A stretch of DNA of 62,439 nucleotides, filler included, from Chiloscyllium plagiosum (Eukaryota), in assembly GCF_004010195.1 (NCBI RefSeq). It is 5 parts of one record of this genome, joined end to end, with 100 filler letters (N's around TTAATTAATTAA, not from the genome) between each part and the next. Parts side by side here need not be neighbours in the genome. Positions count along the whole stretch, not along the records: positions 1 to 29,995 come from NC_057711.1; 4 more parts are not named here. One strand, written 5' to 3'. Both the position numbers and the translations under genes were made by a program. Under the pieces are notes generated by a model. It was not told the origin of the DNA. It made no database searches and saw only the letters and a program-made list of their open reading frames with translations. Positions 1 to 13,225 of the stretch are shown piece by piece. The stretch's first letter is position 1. The number at the start of each line of letters is the position of its first letter.

Positions 1-380
1 CACATGCACAGGCACACTCACTCACACCGACACCGACACACACACACATGCACAGGCACACTCACTCACACCGACACTGACACCGACACACACACACACA
101 CATATGCACAGGAGTATGAACACACCCACCTGCACAAACAGATGCACAGCCACACATGTATGAATACACACATTCACAAGAACACAAAAGATACACAGAG
201 GCACAAACACACATGAAAACATACACACAAACACACTCACATGAGCAGACACACACTGACACAAGCGCATGCATGCACAAGCACACACAGAGAGTCACAC
301 ACAAACACATACTCACATATGAAGATATACACACATGCGAACATACACTCACACACCACCCACTCACACAGACACACAAT
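1..380. repeat. Degenerate (CA)n microsatellite / low-complexity tract
   Basis: Interrupted cacacaca runs. Confidence 0.9.
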
Positions 381-924
381 CGGTAGAGCAACACAGCACA
401 AGCATGTTGTACATTTTGAGCAGGACTTGATCAATTGGTGTTAGAGCAAATATTGCTCGAGACACAAGGTCAGATGCAAAATATTGATATCAGCATGCCT
501 GAACTGGAATATTTAACATAATTGATTTTCAATTATGAAGACAAATGCAGAATACTTATGGAGTCATGGATCAATAAGGCACATGGCCAGAATTCATCAT
601 CTCAATGTTCGCATCGTTACACTGACACACACCATTCCAACCATAAGACACTGGAGCAGTGGGCTGTCCAGTCCATGGGAAGGAAGGGAGGGACTCTGCC
701 GTCCTTGCCTGGTCTGTTTCATTTCTCAGTCTCAATGAGTACTGGCTTATCTGGATTTATAATGGTATTTGTATGAGAAGGGCCTTTGCCATCTCCTACC
801 AGTTGGATGACTCCAGTATACCCCCTATAATTAATACACTCAATGAGATTATGATCACCTTCAACTCACTTTCCTGCATCTTCCCCATAAACCTTCCTTG
901 ATTCCCTTACTGATTTAAAATCCA

Positions 925-1200
925 TGACTACTTCATCTCAAGGGCAACAGACACAGGGGAACGCCACCCTCTGCAAGTTCCCCTCCAAGCCGCTCATCAT
1001 CCTGACTTGGAAATATATCATGAATCTTTCAGTGTCACAGGGTCCAAATCCTGGAATTCCCTCTGTCAGGGCATTGTGGGTCAACCCACAGCAAGTGGAC
1101 TGCAGCGGTTCAAGTCAGCAGCTCACCCCATCTTCTCAAGGGGCAACTAGGGACGGGTAATTAATGCTGTGCCAGCCAGCAATGCCCACATCCCATGAGA
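925..1200 (+). mobile_element. 3' end of an abundant non-LTR retroelement (family not assigned)
   Basis: cttctcaaggggcaactagggacggg...gcccacatccc. Related copies at ~1905-2190 (-), 2850-3060, 3680-3980, 7605-7930 and 52400-52570. Confidence 0.6.
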
Positions 1201-4199
1201 GAGTGAAACAATTTGTGAAAGTGGCAAACCCTGTTGCTTAAAGAGGGAAAGTGATTCACTCACTGCACTCTCTGGATAGTGATACTGGTAACACAACACC
1301 TCGGGAATAGAAGGAGGTCAAAGTGCAATGCAATGGCACTACAAGGCAGGGTGGTACAACTGACTTTGCTGCCTCTGTTTCGAAAATAACAGTCATTCGG
1401 TCCTTCAAAGGGTTTGGGGGATGCTACCACTTGATATCGTCAAACACTGATTTCCTTCATTCACATCACTCACAGGATGTGGGTGTCACTGACTGCTCCT
1501 ATATTTATTGTCCATCCCTAGTTGCCCTGGAGTTGGTGGGAGGGAGTTGCCTTCCTGAACTGCTTCTGGTGAAGTTACACCTTTCCTGGTCTGAAAGGTT
1601 TAAACCTGGGCATGTGCCATAAACCCTACACCAATGATGACCTCCTACCCACCTGTGGGCAGCACAGCACTTAGACTGTGAAGGAATGAGACTGAACTCC
1701 TGAAAGTTTATGTTACTACTGTATATCAATGCAGTTAGTAACATGCAATAAACTTGATCTTGTTCACTATAAGAGATTCTCTAGCTAGATCAGAGTCTCC
1801 CTGAGCTCACTAGACTGAGGTGGCCTGTAATGTCTTCAGTCTAAAGAGGATGGTGGTAGTGACTTTCATCATGTCAGTGACTCACTAAATTTATGATACT
1901 CCTTTGTTGGATGTGGGCATCACCAGCTGGGCCAGCATTCATTGCCCGTCCCTAATTGCCTGTGAGAAGGTGGTGGTCAGCTACCTTCTGGAATCGTTGC
2001 ACTCCATGTGCTGTGGGTAGACCCACACTGTCCTTGGGGAGGGAATTCCAGGACTGTGACCAAGTGACAGGGATGGAATGGCGATACATTTGCAAGTATG
2101 GATGGTGAGAGGCTTGGAGGGAAACATGAAGGGGAGGGGAGGGTGGTGTTCCCATGTATCTGCTGCCCTTGTCCTTCTAGATGCAGCATGCTGAGCTGCC
2201 CATATTACACAGTAAGTCACAGTGCAATCTGACTTGATGACTCACACATGACGTACATTAGAATGTATGAGGGCTGTAGACTCAAAGCGCCTGTAGCTGA
2301 AAGTGCCTGTTCACAAGGTAGCAACAGGTGGAAAAGCTGAACACTTCAGAACCCTAAGGAGCTACTCACAACAAGGAAGAATACTCCAGTAAATTGTAAA
2401 AGCAGACCTGGTAAGGGACACACCGCAAACAGGAAGGTTACAAATCCTTAAACGAGGAGAATGGATCATTCCAAAGCTGTGGACCTCACTGCCAGGCCAT
2501 TGTCTGTGTGAGGGCTCCCAAGCTGGAGTTCAGCAGTGAGCATACAGACAGCATGAAGCTTACAGTCCCTGGACAAGCAGGCAAGGGTTTAATCCAGCTG
2601 TAAGTCAGGCTGGAAAAGTGAGAAGCTAAAATCTTATTTCCAACTTCGATCGAAGCTCGCTACCCCATGGGCTGGCCCCATGAGGCAAGGGTGCAGAAAC
2701 AGATGTAAAGGACAGGCCCCAAATGAAATATTATTCCAAGATCATAGGCCTGAGCACATCCAGAAGCCAGTAATTAAAGTGCTAACATTGAGCAGATCAA
2801 AAGCCCAAGCTTCCTGGTTTACCGGGAAAGACCTTATTTATTATTCATCCATGGGATGTGGGCATCGCTGGCTAGGCCAGCATCTCTCACCCAGAGGGCA
2901 GTTAAAAGCTAATCCTGTTGCTGTGGGTCTGGAGTCACATGTAGGCCAGACCAGGTAAGGATGGCAGTTTCCTTCCCGAAAGGACATTTGTGAACTAGAT
3001 GGGTTTTTCCTGACAATGAGCAAATGATCATCATCATTAATTCCAAATGTCTATTTGCCATGATAGGAATTGAGCCCACATCCCTGGAGCATTACCTGGG
3101 TCAATTGTCTGGCCATCGCCTTGTCTTATGTAGGCTACAAAATGGTGAGTGGTCCTTCATAAGGTCTGTAATCAAGGCAGCTGTCATCTACTTAGACAGT
3201 GAGCAGCAGGAATTATTGAATAAAACCATGATCAATGAGCGAATTGTTCTGCTGCAAACAGCCAAAAGAAACTCGTAAAAGTTGGGAATCCTCTATTTAG
3301 CTGCAAAGTGTGAATATATGCTCTAGTACAACAGCAGATCTTCCAATCTTGACAGAGCCAATCAAATTGGAGAACTTGCAATATTTTCTCAGTCATTGAT
3401 AGAGGATCAACATCATTATGAGCCTTCAGATTGTGTGCTCAGCAGTTGGCACAGATCCTCAGTTTTCTCTCTTTCTTCCCCATGACGACTGTGAAGAAGG
3501 CGTTCAGACACAATGACTCTTTAGCAATACCTTGCTCCAAAGACTACAGTAGCTTGTCTTGCAATTCTTCCCAGCAATGGTGTGGTTTAAAGTTCAGAAG
3601 CCTCAAACCATGACCATCTCTTACATGAGATACTCACAACACGAGGTTTTCCTGATGTGGCCATTTCACTAATTGATTCACAGGATGTGGGTGGCATTGG
3701 CAGGGCCAGTCCCCAACTTTTAAGAGTCAACCACTTTGCTGTGGGTCTGGAGTCACATGCAGGCCCGACTAGGTAAGGATGGCAATTTCCTTCCCTAAAG
3801 TACACTAATGAACCAGATGGGTTTTTCCCAACAGTTGACAATGGTTTCATGCTGAACATGAGACTCTTAATTCCAGACTTTGTTTTTAATTGAATTCAAA
3901 TTCCACCTGGGTTCCCCAGAATGTTACCAGCGTCTCTGGATGAATAGTCTGGTGAAAATACCACTAAGACATTGCCTCCCCCACATCATCAAATTTAGAA
4001 GCAGTTCTGGATTTAAGCATGTCCTAGACTTGCCGAGATGGCCCTGATTGATTGAATGGGGAAGCAGGGTCTGGACATTTATACCACTCTTGAGGAAGCT
4101 TACTGACTTCTATATGGCCCTGTGAAATTACCCATCCAGCCCTCTTCAATATGGTCTCGCTCTGTTAGAGTCACTGGTGGGTAGGAAGGGGAAGACTCT

Positions 4200-4535
4200 C
4201 CATTCGACTGTCTCCACATTTACACCCAGAGGACTAGCAAGGAGTATATAATGAGGAGCAGGCGTTCTATGTGCCACATTATTGGAGATGTCGATTTTCA
4301 GAGGAAATGCTGAACCAGCCCCCATCTGCCTGGGCAAGAGGCCATTCCAAAGAAGGACGGAGAGTTATCCCCTGTATCCTGACCAACAGTTATCCTTCAG
4401 TCAGACTCATTAAAAACACTTGTCTGGTGGTTTGCTGTTTGTTGCTGTGTACAAATTTGCTGCTATGTTACTACCTAACAGATTAAATGTGAAGTGTTTG
4501 AGATGTCGAAAATGCAATATAAATGCATGTACTTC
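4200..4535 (+). mobile_element. Ancient Deu-domain SINE (SacSINE/AmnSINE-like), degraded
   Basis: agagttatcccctgtatcctgaccaacagttatcc...gtgtacaaatttgctgc...tataaatgca pattern recognised by eye. Related fragments near 32860-33020, 36930-37060 and 44385-44590. Confidence 0.5.
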
Positions 4536-4562
4536 TGTCTAATTCTGAGGTGAGGTGCTTAC

Positions 4563-4799
4563 TGGCACTGGGAAAAGCTGGTTTCAGCCGCGGGGATAAT
4601 GTTGAAATCAGCCTCATCAATTCCTGAGAGAATCCGATTTTCTCAGAATCGGGGAGAACATTTTGATCAAGTTGGTTTGATTCAGGTGCATGATGGGTGA
4701 ACAAAACAGCACCATATCGGTCTCTGTTCTGTGCTGTGGAATAGTTGCTGGAGGACGTTGTCGGAATTATCTCGGTTGATCGAAGAGATTGGGTGTTTA
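4563..4799 (-). CDS. Possible isolated internal exon (237 nt, phase 1-1) of an unidentified gene
   Basis: Strong acceptor (ttttctccccctcttcag), A|GTAAGC donor, length divisible by 3, stop-free Ser/Thr-rich frame NTQSLRSTEIIPTTSSSNYSTAQ...KPAFPSA. No partner exons identified. Confidence 0.3.
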
Positions 4800-5814
4800 C
4801 TGAAGAGGGGGAGAAAAGTAAAAGAAGGATATCTCAGCTAAAGGCCATTTTAGTTTACAGGTCAATTTAACATGATCCAGCTCCGCTGTGATGTACTGAC
4901 ATGAGAGAGATACTGGAGAAAGCTGAGGGACTGACAGGACAGGAAGGGAGTCTGTGTGTCCATCCAGCTGAGGTAAATAATGTTAGTTTTGAGTAAACAG
5001 GGCAGCAACTCCAAACCAGGGCAAAGCTCAGTCAAGGTCAAAGAATCACCAATTGCTCATTTTGCTTTAAAAATTCTAATTTTCCACTAAACCAGACACC
5101 AGAAGACAAGTCTAGTCATTACAGGCATAAGTAACATTTTAAGGAGTAGGTAGGTGCTATAGGGGTCTGCGGAAAGAAATGTTGTTTATATTTCAAGTCC
5201 AATATAACTCTGAAGAAGAGTCATATCGTATTTGAAACATTAACATAGTTTCTCTCCCTGATTTCTGAAGAATAGTCATTCTGGACTCATGACGTTAACT
5301 CTGTTTCTCTCCTCCCCCCGACAGATGCTGCCAGACCTGCTGAGTTTCTCCACCATTCTCCATGTGTTTCTTTCAGATTCCCAGCATTCTCAGTGTTTTG
5401 TTTTGAATTGATGGGAGTTAATGTTTGCCCACTCTGCCATGGAAAATCAATTATTATTAACACATATTCTCGTTGCTTGCAGATGCAAATTTTTCACAGA
5501 GATTTTAAATAAAAACTTGCTTATTCTTTTCTCTGTCTCTCTTTTTATCTAAACGTTATGTCCAGCTCTTTAGCCCTCATGCTTTTCCCCCTTTCTGATG
5601 CACAGCACAAATATCAACCCCCACACTTTCAGCAACTTCATTGCAAACATCTTTTGAGTTGACATGCTGGAGGAACTCAGCATCAGTGGAGAGAGAGAGA
5701 AACAGAGTTAAACGTTTCAAGTCTGGTATGACATCTCTTCAGAACTGTAAGATTTTGAAATCTTTTCTCATATATCCCTTTGACAGAGGGGGAGGAGGAG
5801 CAAGGGGAACAGAT

Positions 5815-6130
5815 GGGGGCACGTTGGTCAGTGGTTAGCACTGCTGCCTCACAGCGCCAGAGACCCGGATTCGATTCCCGCCTCAGGCGACTGACTGTGT
5901 GGAGTTTACACGTTCTCCCCGTGTCTGCGTGGGTTTCCTCCGGGTGCTCCGGTTTCCTCCAACAATCCAAAGATGTGCAGGTCAGCTGAATTGGCCTGGC
6001 TAAATTGCCCTCAGTGCAAGGGGTAAATATAGGGTAGGGGAATGGGTCTGGGTGTGTTACTCTTCGGAGGGTCGGTGTGAACTTATTGGGCTGAAGGGCC
6101 TGTTTCCATACTGTAGGGAATCTAATCTAA
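5815..6130 (+). mobile_element. HE1-type tRNA-derived SINE
   Basis: tRNA-like head with A/B boxes (cagtggttagcactgctgcctcacagcgcc...ttcgattcc), conserved body, CR1-like tail ending ctaatcta. Confidence 0.9.
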
Positions 6131-6172
6131 AAGACAAAAGGGGTTGATCATGGTGGTGAAAGAGAAGCAGAG

Positions 6173-6815
6173 ATGTCAATGCAGGTTGATTCAGAAGGCG
6201 TTTTACTCACTTACCTTCATTGTTCAGATCTTGGAGTACAGGCGTTGGAACATCATGTTGAGGTTGTACTGGACATGGGCTGAAGCCTATTCTGGAATAT
6301 TATGTGCAGTTCTTGTTGCCTCGCCATAGAAAGGATATTATTAAAATTGGAGAGGGTTCAGAAATGTTGCCAGGGATGAAAGAGTTGAGCTATAAGGAGA
6401 GGTTGGATAGGCTGGAACCATTCACTAGAGCATAAGAGATTAAGGGGTGAACTTATAGAGGTTTATAAAATCGTGAGGGGTGTAGATAAGGTGAGTGGCA
6501 GGTGTCTTTTCCCTAGGGTGGGAGATGTCAAGATTAGGGGATATATTTTTAAGGTGCGAGGAGGAAGATTTTAAAAATATATGAGGGTATTTTTTAACAC
6601 AGAGTGTGGTTCATGTGTGGAATGAACTGCCAGAGGACGTGGTGGATGCAGGTATGGTTACAACGTTTAAAAGACGTTTAGTTAAGTACATGATTAAGAA
6701 GGGTTTGGAGGGATATGGGCTAAGTGGGACTAGTTTAGTTTGGGATTATGGTCACATGGACTGGTTGGACTGAAGGGTCTGTTTCTGTGTGCTGTATGGC
6801 TCTATGACTCTATAA
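6173..6815 (+). mobile_element. CR1 LINE 3' fragment
   Basis: ORF2 C-terminal motifs and a ctctatgactctat tail. Confidence 0.85.
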
Positions 6816-7731
6816 AATGGGTGTGAGTTAAAATGTGAAGGGGAGGGAGTGGGTCCTCCTTATTCAGAACAAAGTAAAGAAGATACAAACAAGACAGGGC
6901 TGTACAGGGGTGGGAGAGAATGTAAGAAAATTAGTGAACAGGCATAAAGTGGTCTGGTTCCGAAGTTATGGAAGGAATTCAGTGTTGACATGTCAAGGCT
7001 ATTAAGTGCCTAAGTGGAAAATGTGCTGTTGATCCTCGTGCTTATATCGTACTTTGTTGGATCATTGCAGCAGGGCCCAGAACTGATATGCGAGACAAAG
7101 GTGNNNNNNNNNNNNNNNNNNNNNNNNNNNNNNNNNNNNNNNNNNNNNNNNNNNNNNNNNNNNNNNNNNNNNNNNNNNNNNNNNNNNNNNNNNNNNNNNN
7201 NNNNNNNNNNNNNNNNNNNNNNNNNNNNNNNNNNNNNNNNNNNNNNNNNNNNNNNNNNNNNNNNNNNNNNNNNNNNNNNNNNNNNNNNNNNNNNNNNNNN
7301 NNNNNNNNNNNNNNNNNNNNNNNNNNNNNNNNNNNNNNNNNNNNNNNNNNNNNNNNNNNNNNNNNNNNNNNNNNNNNNNNNNNNNNNNNNNNNNNNNNNN
7401 NNNNNNNNNNNNNNNNNNNNNNNNNNNNNNNNNNNNNNNNNNNNNNNNNNNNNNNNNNNNNNNNNNNNNNNNNNNNNNNNNNNNNNNNNNNNNNNNNNNN
7501 NNNNNNNNNNNNNNNNNNNNNNNNNNNNNNNNNNNNNNNNNNNNNNNNNNNNNNNNNNNNNNNNNNNNNNNNNNNNNNNNNNNNNNNNNNNNNNNNNNNN
7601 NNNATTGCCAAAGGAGTGGTAGTTTCAAGGTTTTGAACCAGTGACAGTGAAGGAATGGCGATATATTTCCATGGCAGAAAATGTGTTGCTGGAAAAGTGC
7701 AGCAGGTCAGACAGCATCCAGGGAACAGGAG

Positions 7732-7763
7732 AATCGACGTTTCGGGCATAAGCCCTTCTTCAG
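7732..7763 (-). ncRNA. Minimal hammerhead ribozyme motif (PLE type)
   Basis: Reverse complement reads CTGAAGAAGGGCTTATGCCCGAAACGTCGATT, the same as the copy at 30166. Confidence 0.6.
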
Positions 7764-8746
7764 GACCATGTCAGGATTATGCGTGGCTTGGTGGGGAACG
7801 TGCAGTTTGTTGGGGATCCCACATGCCTTCTGCCTTTGTCCTTCTGGATAATAATGGTCATGGGTTTGGAAGGTGCTGTGTAAAATGCCTTGGTGAATTT
7901 CTGTGGTATATCTTGGCAATGGTTCACTCTGTATCAGTGCAGTGGAAGCTCAGCTGTTGGTGTCTGATGTTAAGTCCACAAATGTTGTTGTGGAAGTAGT
8001 CATCACTTTCCCACTGGAAGCGATGGACTCCAAACTCTCTGCAAAATCTCCGTGTCCAACTGAACCCCTCCTTGCTACTTGACAGTGACAGCAGACACTG
8101 CAGGGGGCCTGACAATGCATCCTGCATTTCATTGGTCATGTCATTCAGCCTTTTCCCTACATGAGCCAATCAATGTCTCCATAACAAGACTCAGCTGGTA
8201 CCTTCATTACCCTTTCCCCTCTCCCAGGAGTGGGTCACTCATGCCCAGTGAGACGCTCCCTACACACAGAGCCGGTGTCTGACAATGAGGGGAGGGTCAT
8301 CACAACAGTGCATCCTCACCATCTTCTGCAGAGGTGCTGAGAAGTTTTGGGTACATTCACTTCCTCCAATCCTTCTTGGTGATATTGCTCTACATATATT
8401 CCTTATCAACACACTCCAAGATATTCTGACACACACCTCTGGAACAGGTGGGACTTGAACCCTGGCCCAGAGGTAGGCGCACTACCATAGTGTCACACAA
8501 GCCCAAGAATTAAAGTCAGGGATGGAAACCAGTGATGTTGGCCGGTTGGCAGAATTCTGGTCTTGGTCTCACTTGGGGAAGGTTGACCCACATGAACTCT
8601 TCAGCAGAAGAAAGGCTTAATCTGGCTATATCATCAAAAGGTTTATTACATATCACTTGATAGCTACTTGCATCACATCTGAGATGTCTCCTGTGAGACT
8701 ATCAGTCTCAATTTAAAATTACACCTTACGACATTACCCACATGCT

Positions 8747-8961
8747 AGGCGAAAGTGGGTACTGCAGATGCTGGAGATCCGAGTCAAGATTAGAGTGATG
8801 CTGGAAAAGCACAGAGGTCAGGAACCGAGGGGAAGGAAAATCGATGTTTCAGGCAAAAGTCCTTCATCAGGAGTCTGATGAAGAGCTTTTGTCCGAAACG
8901 TCAATTTTCCTGCTCCTTGGATGCTGCCTGACCTGCTGTGCTTTTCCAGCATCACTCTAAT
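8747..8961. mobile_element. Fold-back Penelope terminal-repeat insertion
   Basis: Two inverted terminal-repeat copies centred near 8872; 15-bp target-site duplication cattacccacatgct (8732-8746 / 8962-8976). Confidence 0.88.
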
Positions 8962-11586
8962 CATTACCCACATGCTGTTAATGAGTACTGAGGCACTCCA
9001 CAGTCTCTGGTGAACACATGCAGAGCCTATAAGAAACTGGTCAGCTTCTCCCAGAAAAGTCCTTTCTATTCTATGGGTGGACTTTATCCAGTGCTTTCTG
9101 TTAACCCTTTCAGTTATTAAATGTTTTATGGAATATTTATCATTATTTCTCTAGTTGTCCATCTTGCCGTCCTACAACACTGTCATCCAGCTGGTAGCTC
9201 TTGGATAGCCCCCCAGAGGGGAAGGCTCAAAGGTAGAGGTGAGAAAAACCATTGCAACTTGCAAATCAGAAAAGCATCTGGAATGAAGGGAGGGTGGAAT
9301 AGGGGAAGGTGGATGTGGGAAGAACATTTCAGCATCCCCACACCTGGCTATGACATGCCTGCCTTATTTGATGCTCTACTCACTTCTCATTATCTCAGAG
9401 TCGACAGCAAAAACCCAGCAATATCAGACCTACTCCAATACTATCATTGTACAGTTACTCAAAATCCAGGGATATATTCATTCTCTGTCAAATCTGTAGG
9501 CTCGAGCTGACTGGTTCTTTTGGGCTCCAATACTCTGGTGTCTTTTCTGTGGATTATTCACACAACAAAAAGCTTAGACTTTTTTGGTCTTTTAATAATC
9601 TGCAGAGTTACATACCTCCTCTGGAAATTTCACAAACTAAACTATTGCTCTGAGGAAACATATTTTCTTAATTATTCTAAGTGATCTCTTATCTAGAGCG
9701 ACTACAATTGCATCTGACTCCAGTCAGGTCTCCCTCAAATTGCCCAAAAACTTTTCAGTTTCTATGTTTTTTCTCAGCTAATGTCAATCGTTGATTATTC
9801 TAAACTCCAAAGCGAGCTAATGTCATTCAATATTTCACACCTCCTGTCATTAATCTCAATCATTTTCCATTCTAAACAGCATGACGTTGTATTAATGAAG
9901 TCCATTCAGTTTTGCAAAAGTGACGAATTCTCTCCTTTTGTTCATCAATAGACTCGCCAAGGTCATTTTCGAAAACTGATTTTGGTAACAAATCATGCAT
10001 GTTTGATTCTTTCAAAGTGGTCCACATATATTGGGATAGTGTATGACTGTACTCTTATTAATTTATAGTAATCAACACAAATCTTTATGACCTATCCAAT
10101 TTTATCACCATCATGATTGGTGAGCCCCAACTACTATGACTCAGTTCATTCATGTCATTGTGCATCATGACCTTAATATCTTACCTTATTTGAGCTAATT
10201 TCACTGGATAGAGTCTGTGAGGATATTAGTTGGTGGGTAACCTATCCTCCACTTTCACAGTTTGAATAGCCAAGAACATTTCATCTAGCCTGGTCACACA
10301 AATTGATTTGTGATCCTTGTAAGGCACTTAAATAGTTTTCTAGAAAATAAAACATTCTTCTATCAAAATCTTAAAGTACTCCGAAATTGTCTAATGTGAT
10401 TGATGAAGGGTCAGCTTTTGAATTTTTCAGTGTTTGACTCATTCTCCAAGTTTTCTGATATTTTCATTAAACCCCCAATTTCTTTCAGTAGTGTAATTCT
10501 ACTTTGTTCCTTACTATCCTCTATGTCATAATATCACTTTAAAAAAATTAATATGAGATACACGCTGATTCTTCCTCCTGTCTGGAGTACTCCCAACATC
10601 ACAGAGTTTCTTTTGGAGCTGATAAAGTCCAGTGACTCTTGCTTTTAATGGGTACCCAGAGATGGGTAACAACACTGACACCTTGTCTCCTGCAGCAACA
10701 TTTCAAAACTTGACCTTTTTTATTTGCTCTAATTTTTATTGTTTGTTGAGCACTCTTCAGGAACTTTGTAGCCTACTAACATGCTTCAGCAATTTCTAAT
10801 TTCAATGTAAAATTCAATCAGAGGTTAAGCGCACAGTCTCTGAGCTTTACTTTATCAGTTATTCAATTCAAGTGGTCCTCTCTCCTCACGTCCATCTATC
10901 AACGCAAAGGAACTGAGTCAAGTGAACTCATCAGGAGCATTCCTAATGGCAAACAGAAACAAGGAAATTTCTTCATACCGATCATTAGGGCATTTCTGAA
11001 AATAAGTTATATTTATGGTCTTCAAAGTTTGATGCTGTCTTTAAAAGGTGCTGGGAGATTGTTAGTGATTGTCAGTGATAAACAGAAGATGTGAATTGTT
11101 TTATTCCCAACCTAGTTAACAGGAGGAACATTACAACAGTGTGATCCACCTGCATCACTGCAAGATTTACAGCACAAGGCATCAAGCGAAGCCTTTCGTG
11201 ATATTGGCAGCACCTCCCGTGGTCTGATTCTCTCTGTCAATAATTGAAAAGGGATTTTAATGACTACCTTGGGGTATTGATCTCTTCCTCATACATGCTA
11301 AGGAAACATTTCATCATACTAATACAGTTCAGTTCAGCTCCAACAATGTGGAGCAGTGTGAGTTCAATTCCTGCATCAGGAAGGTCTCTCTATGATTGAG
11401 GCTTGGCAACCCCGAAGTGAAACCATTGCCAGTTATCACTCTAGTGAGAGCAGAGTATGGTCATTTTACAGTTTTAATACCGGTTTCCTTTCCCAATGCC
11501 CCTCTTTTCTGAGGATTCTTTAGACATTCTTACTACTGCACTCAGTCTCATATTTAACTTCCAGCACTTGGCTTTGGTATGTCTAA

Positions 11587-11925
11587 GGTAAAAGTGAGTA
11601 CTGCAGATGCTGAAAATTAGAGTCTAGATCAGAGTGGTGCTGGAAAAGCACAGCAGGTCAGGCAGCATCTGAGGAGCAGGAAAATCGACCTTTCGGGCAA
11701 AAGCCCTTTAGACTGGGAATTAACTCTCGTTCTCTCTATCCTGTACCCAGGCCGAACTGGACTGGAGCAGTTCATCAACTTTGCCCACAACTTCCACCCC
11801 GCCCTCAAATTGACTTGGTCCATCTCGGACACCTCCCTCCCCTGTCCCATCTCCGGTGACAGTCTCCAGATGGACGTTTGCTCCAAACCCACCGACTCCC
11901 ATCATTACCTGGACTACTTCTCCTC
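11587..11925. mobile_element. Penelope insertion: inverted terminal repeat (-) joined to an RT fragment (+)
   Basis: RT-like LEQFINFAHNFHPALK.TWSISDTSLP. Flanked by ctttggtatgtc(t/c)aa direct repeats at 11572-11586 and 11926-11940. Confidence 0.85.
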
Positions 11926-12624
11926 CTTTGGTATGTCCAATTCCATCGCAATGGAGGCATATCACTTTGTTTTCTAGCCTTTCTCAGTTATTATTTTGGC
12001 ATCCTTCCTTTTATCCCCTAAAACCAGTGCCTCTTCCACCCTTTGATTTCTGTTTGTCCAACATCTTTTTTTGGTTCCCATATGGCCATCTCCCCACCTG
12101 TAACTGTCCGTGTGAGTTTTCAGAGGGACCTGCCCGAACTCCTGCTTCTCTGATCTTTGATACTTGATACTCATTGAAATAACTTTTTTGGCTTTCGTGA
12201 AAGCTACTTCTGGAGTTTTCTAGAATCATCACTTCCCTCACATTCTCGACATCCTTCTCTAGCTTTAGTTATCAAAGCTCTCCACTGGTCCCGCGGCATC
12301 TCTTTTGCCCTTGTAAATGTTACAAATTCCTGATTAGGTTTCTTTTCCTCCTTATCTTGAATTTTAATTGACGTGCTTCAGGGAAAAGCTCATAAGCATT
12401 GAGTATTGCCTTTCTAACAGTTTCATAGTCCGCACATTGCTTTTCAGCTGAACCTGTGCACGCAGACATAGCTGCACCTATCAAAAATGCTTTGGAGCAT
12501 GAAAAAGTCCGAACCCGCTTTTGCAGTTTGTCTGCTTTCTCAAATCAGGAGAAATCTCATGACTGCAGTGCATCCTCAGTAGATTTAGAGATGATTCTTA
12601 GTTAAATCAAATCCCTCATTGGAA

Positions 12625-13225
12625 TCAGAATCACTTTTACATCAGTGTTTACTGTGGAGAAGGATACGGATCATACAGAATGTGGGGAAATAAATAGCGG
12701 CATCTTGAAAAATGCCCATATTACAAAAGAGGAAGTGCTGAACGTCTTAAAATGCATAAAGGTGGATAAATCCCCAGGACCTGATCAGGTGTACCCTTGA
12801 GCTCTGTGGGAAGCTAGGGAAGTGATTACTGGACATCTTGCTGAGATATTTGTATCATCGATAGTCACAGGCGAGGTACCAAAAGACTGGAGGTTGGGTA
12901 ACGTGATGCCACTGGGGAGGAGGAGTTCACAACTCGAGGGCATAGGTTTAAGGTGAGAGGGGAAAGATTTAAAATGGATCTAAGGAGCAACTTTTTTTCA
13001 TGCAGAGAGTGGTGTGTGTATGGAATGAGCTGCCAGAGGAAGTGGTGGAAGCTGGGACAATTACAACATTTAACAGGCACCTGGATGGGTATATGAGTAG
13101 GAAGGGTTTTGGGGGATACGGGCCAAATGCTGGCAAATGGAACTAGATTAATTTAGAATATCTGGTCGGCATGGATGAGTTGGACGGAAGGGTCTGTTTC
13201 CGTGCTGTATATCCCTATGACTCCA
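12625..13225 (+). mobile_element. CR1 LINE fragment with internal deletion
   Basis: KSPGPDQVYP segment joined directly to the 3' end. Confidence 0.85.

Noticed and set aside
4..444. His/Thr- and Cys/Val-rich short ORFs
   Set aside because: Translations of a degenerate CA microsatellite.
5815..5885. tRNA-like sequences with A and B boxes
   Set aside because: They are heads of HE1-type SINEs, each followed by the SINE body and tail.
7014..7749. ORFs of 182-235 aa
   Set aside because: They are long only because they span the 500-bp N gap.
9121..9510. 129-aa plus-strand ORF with a signal-peptide-like start
   Set aside because: No recognisable domain, codon bias or splice partners; adjacent to LTR-element debris.
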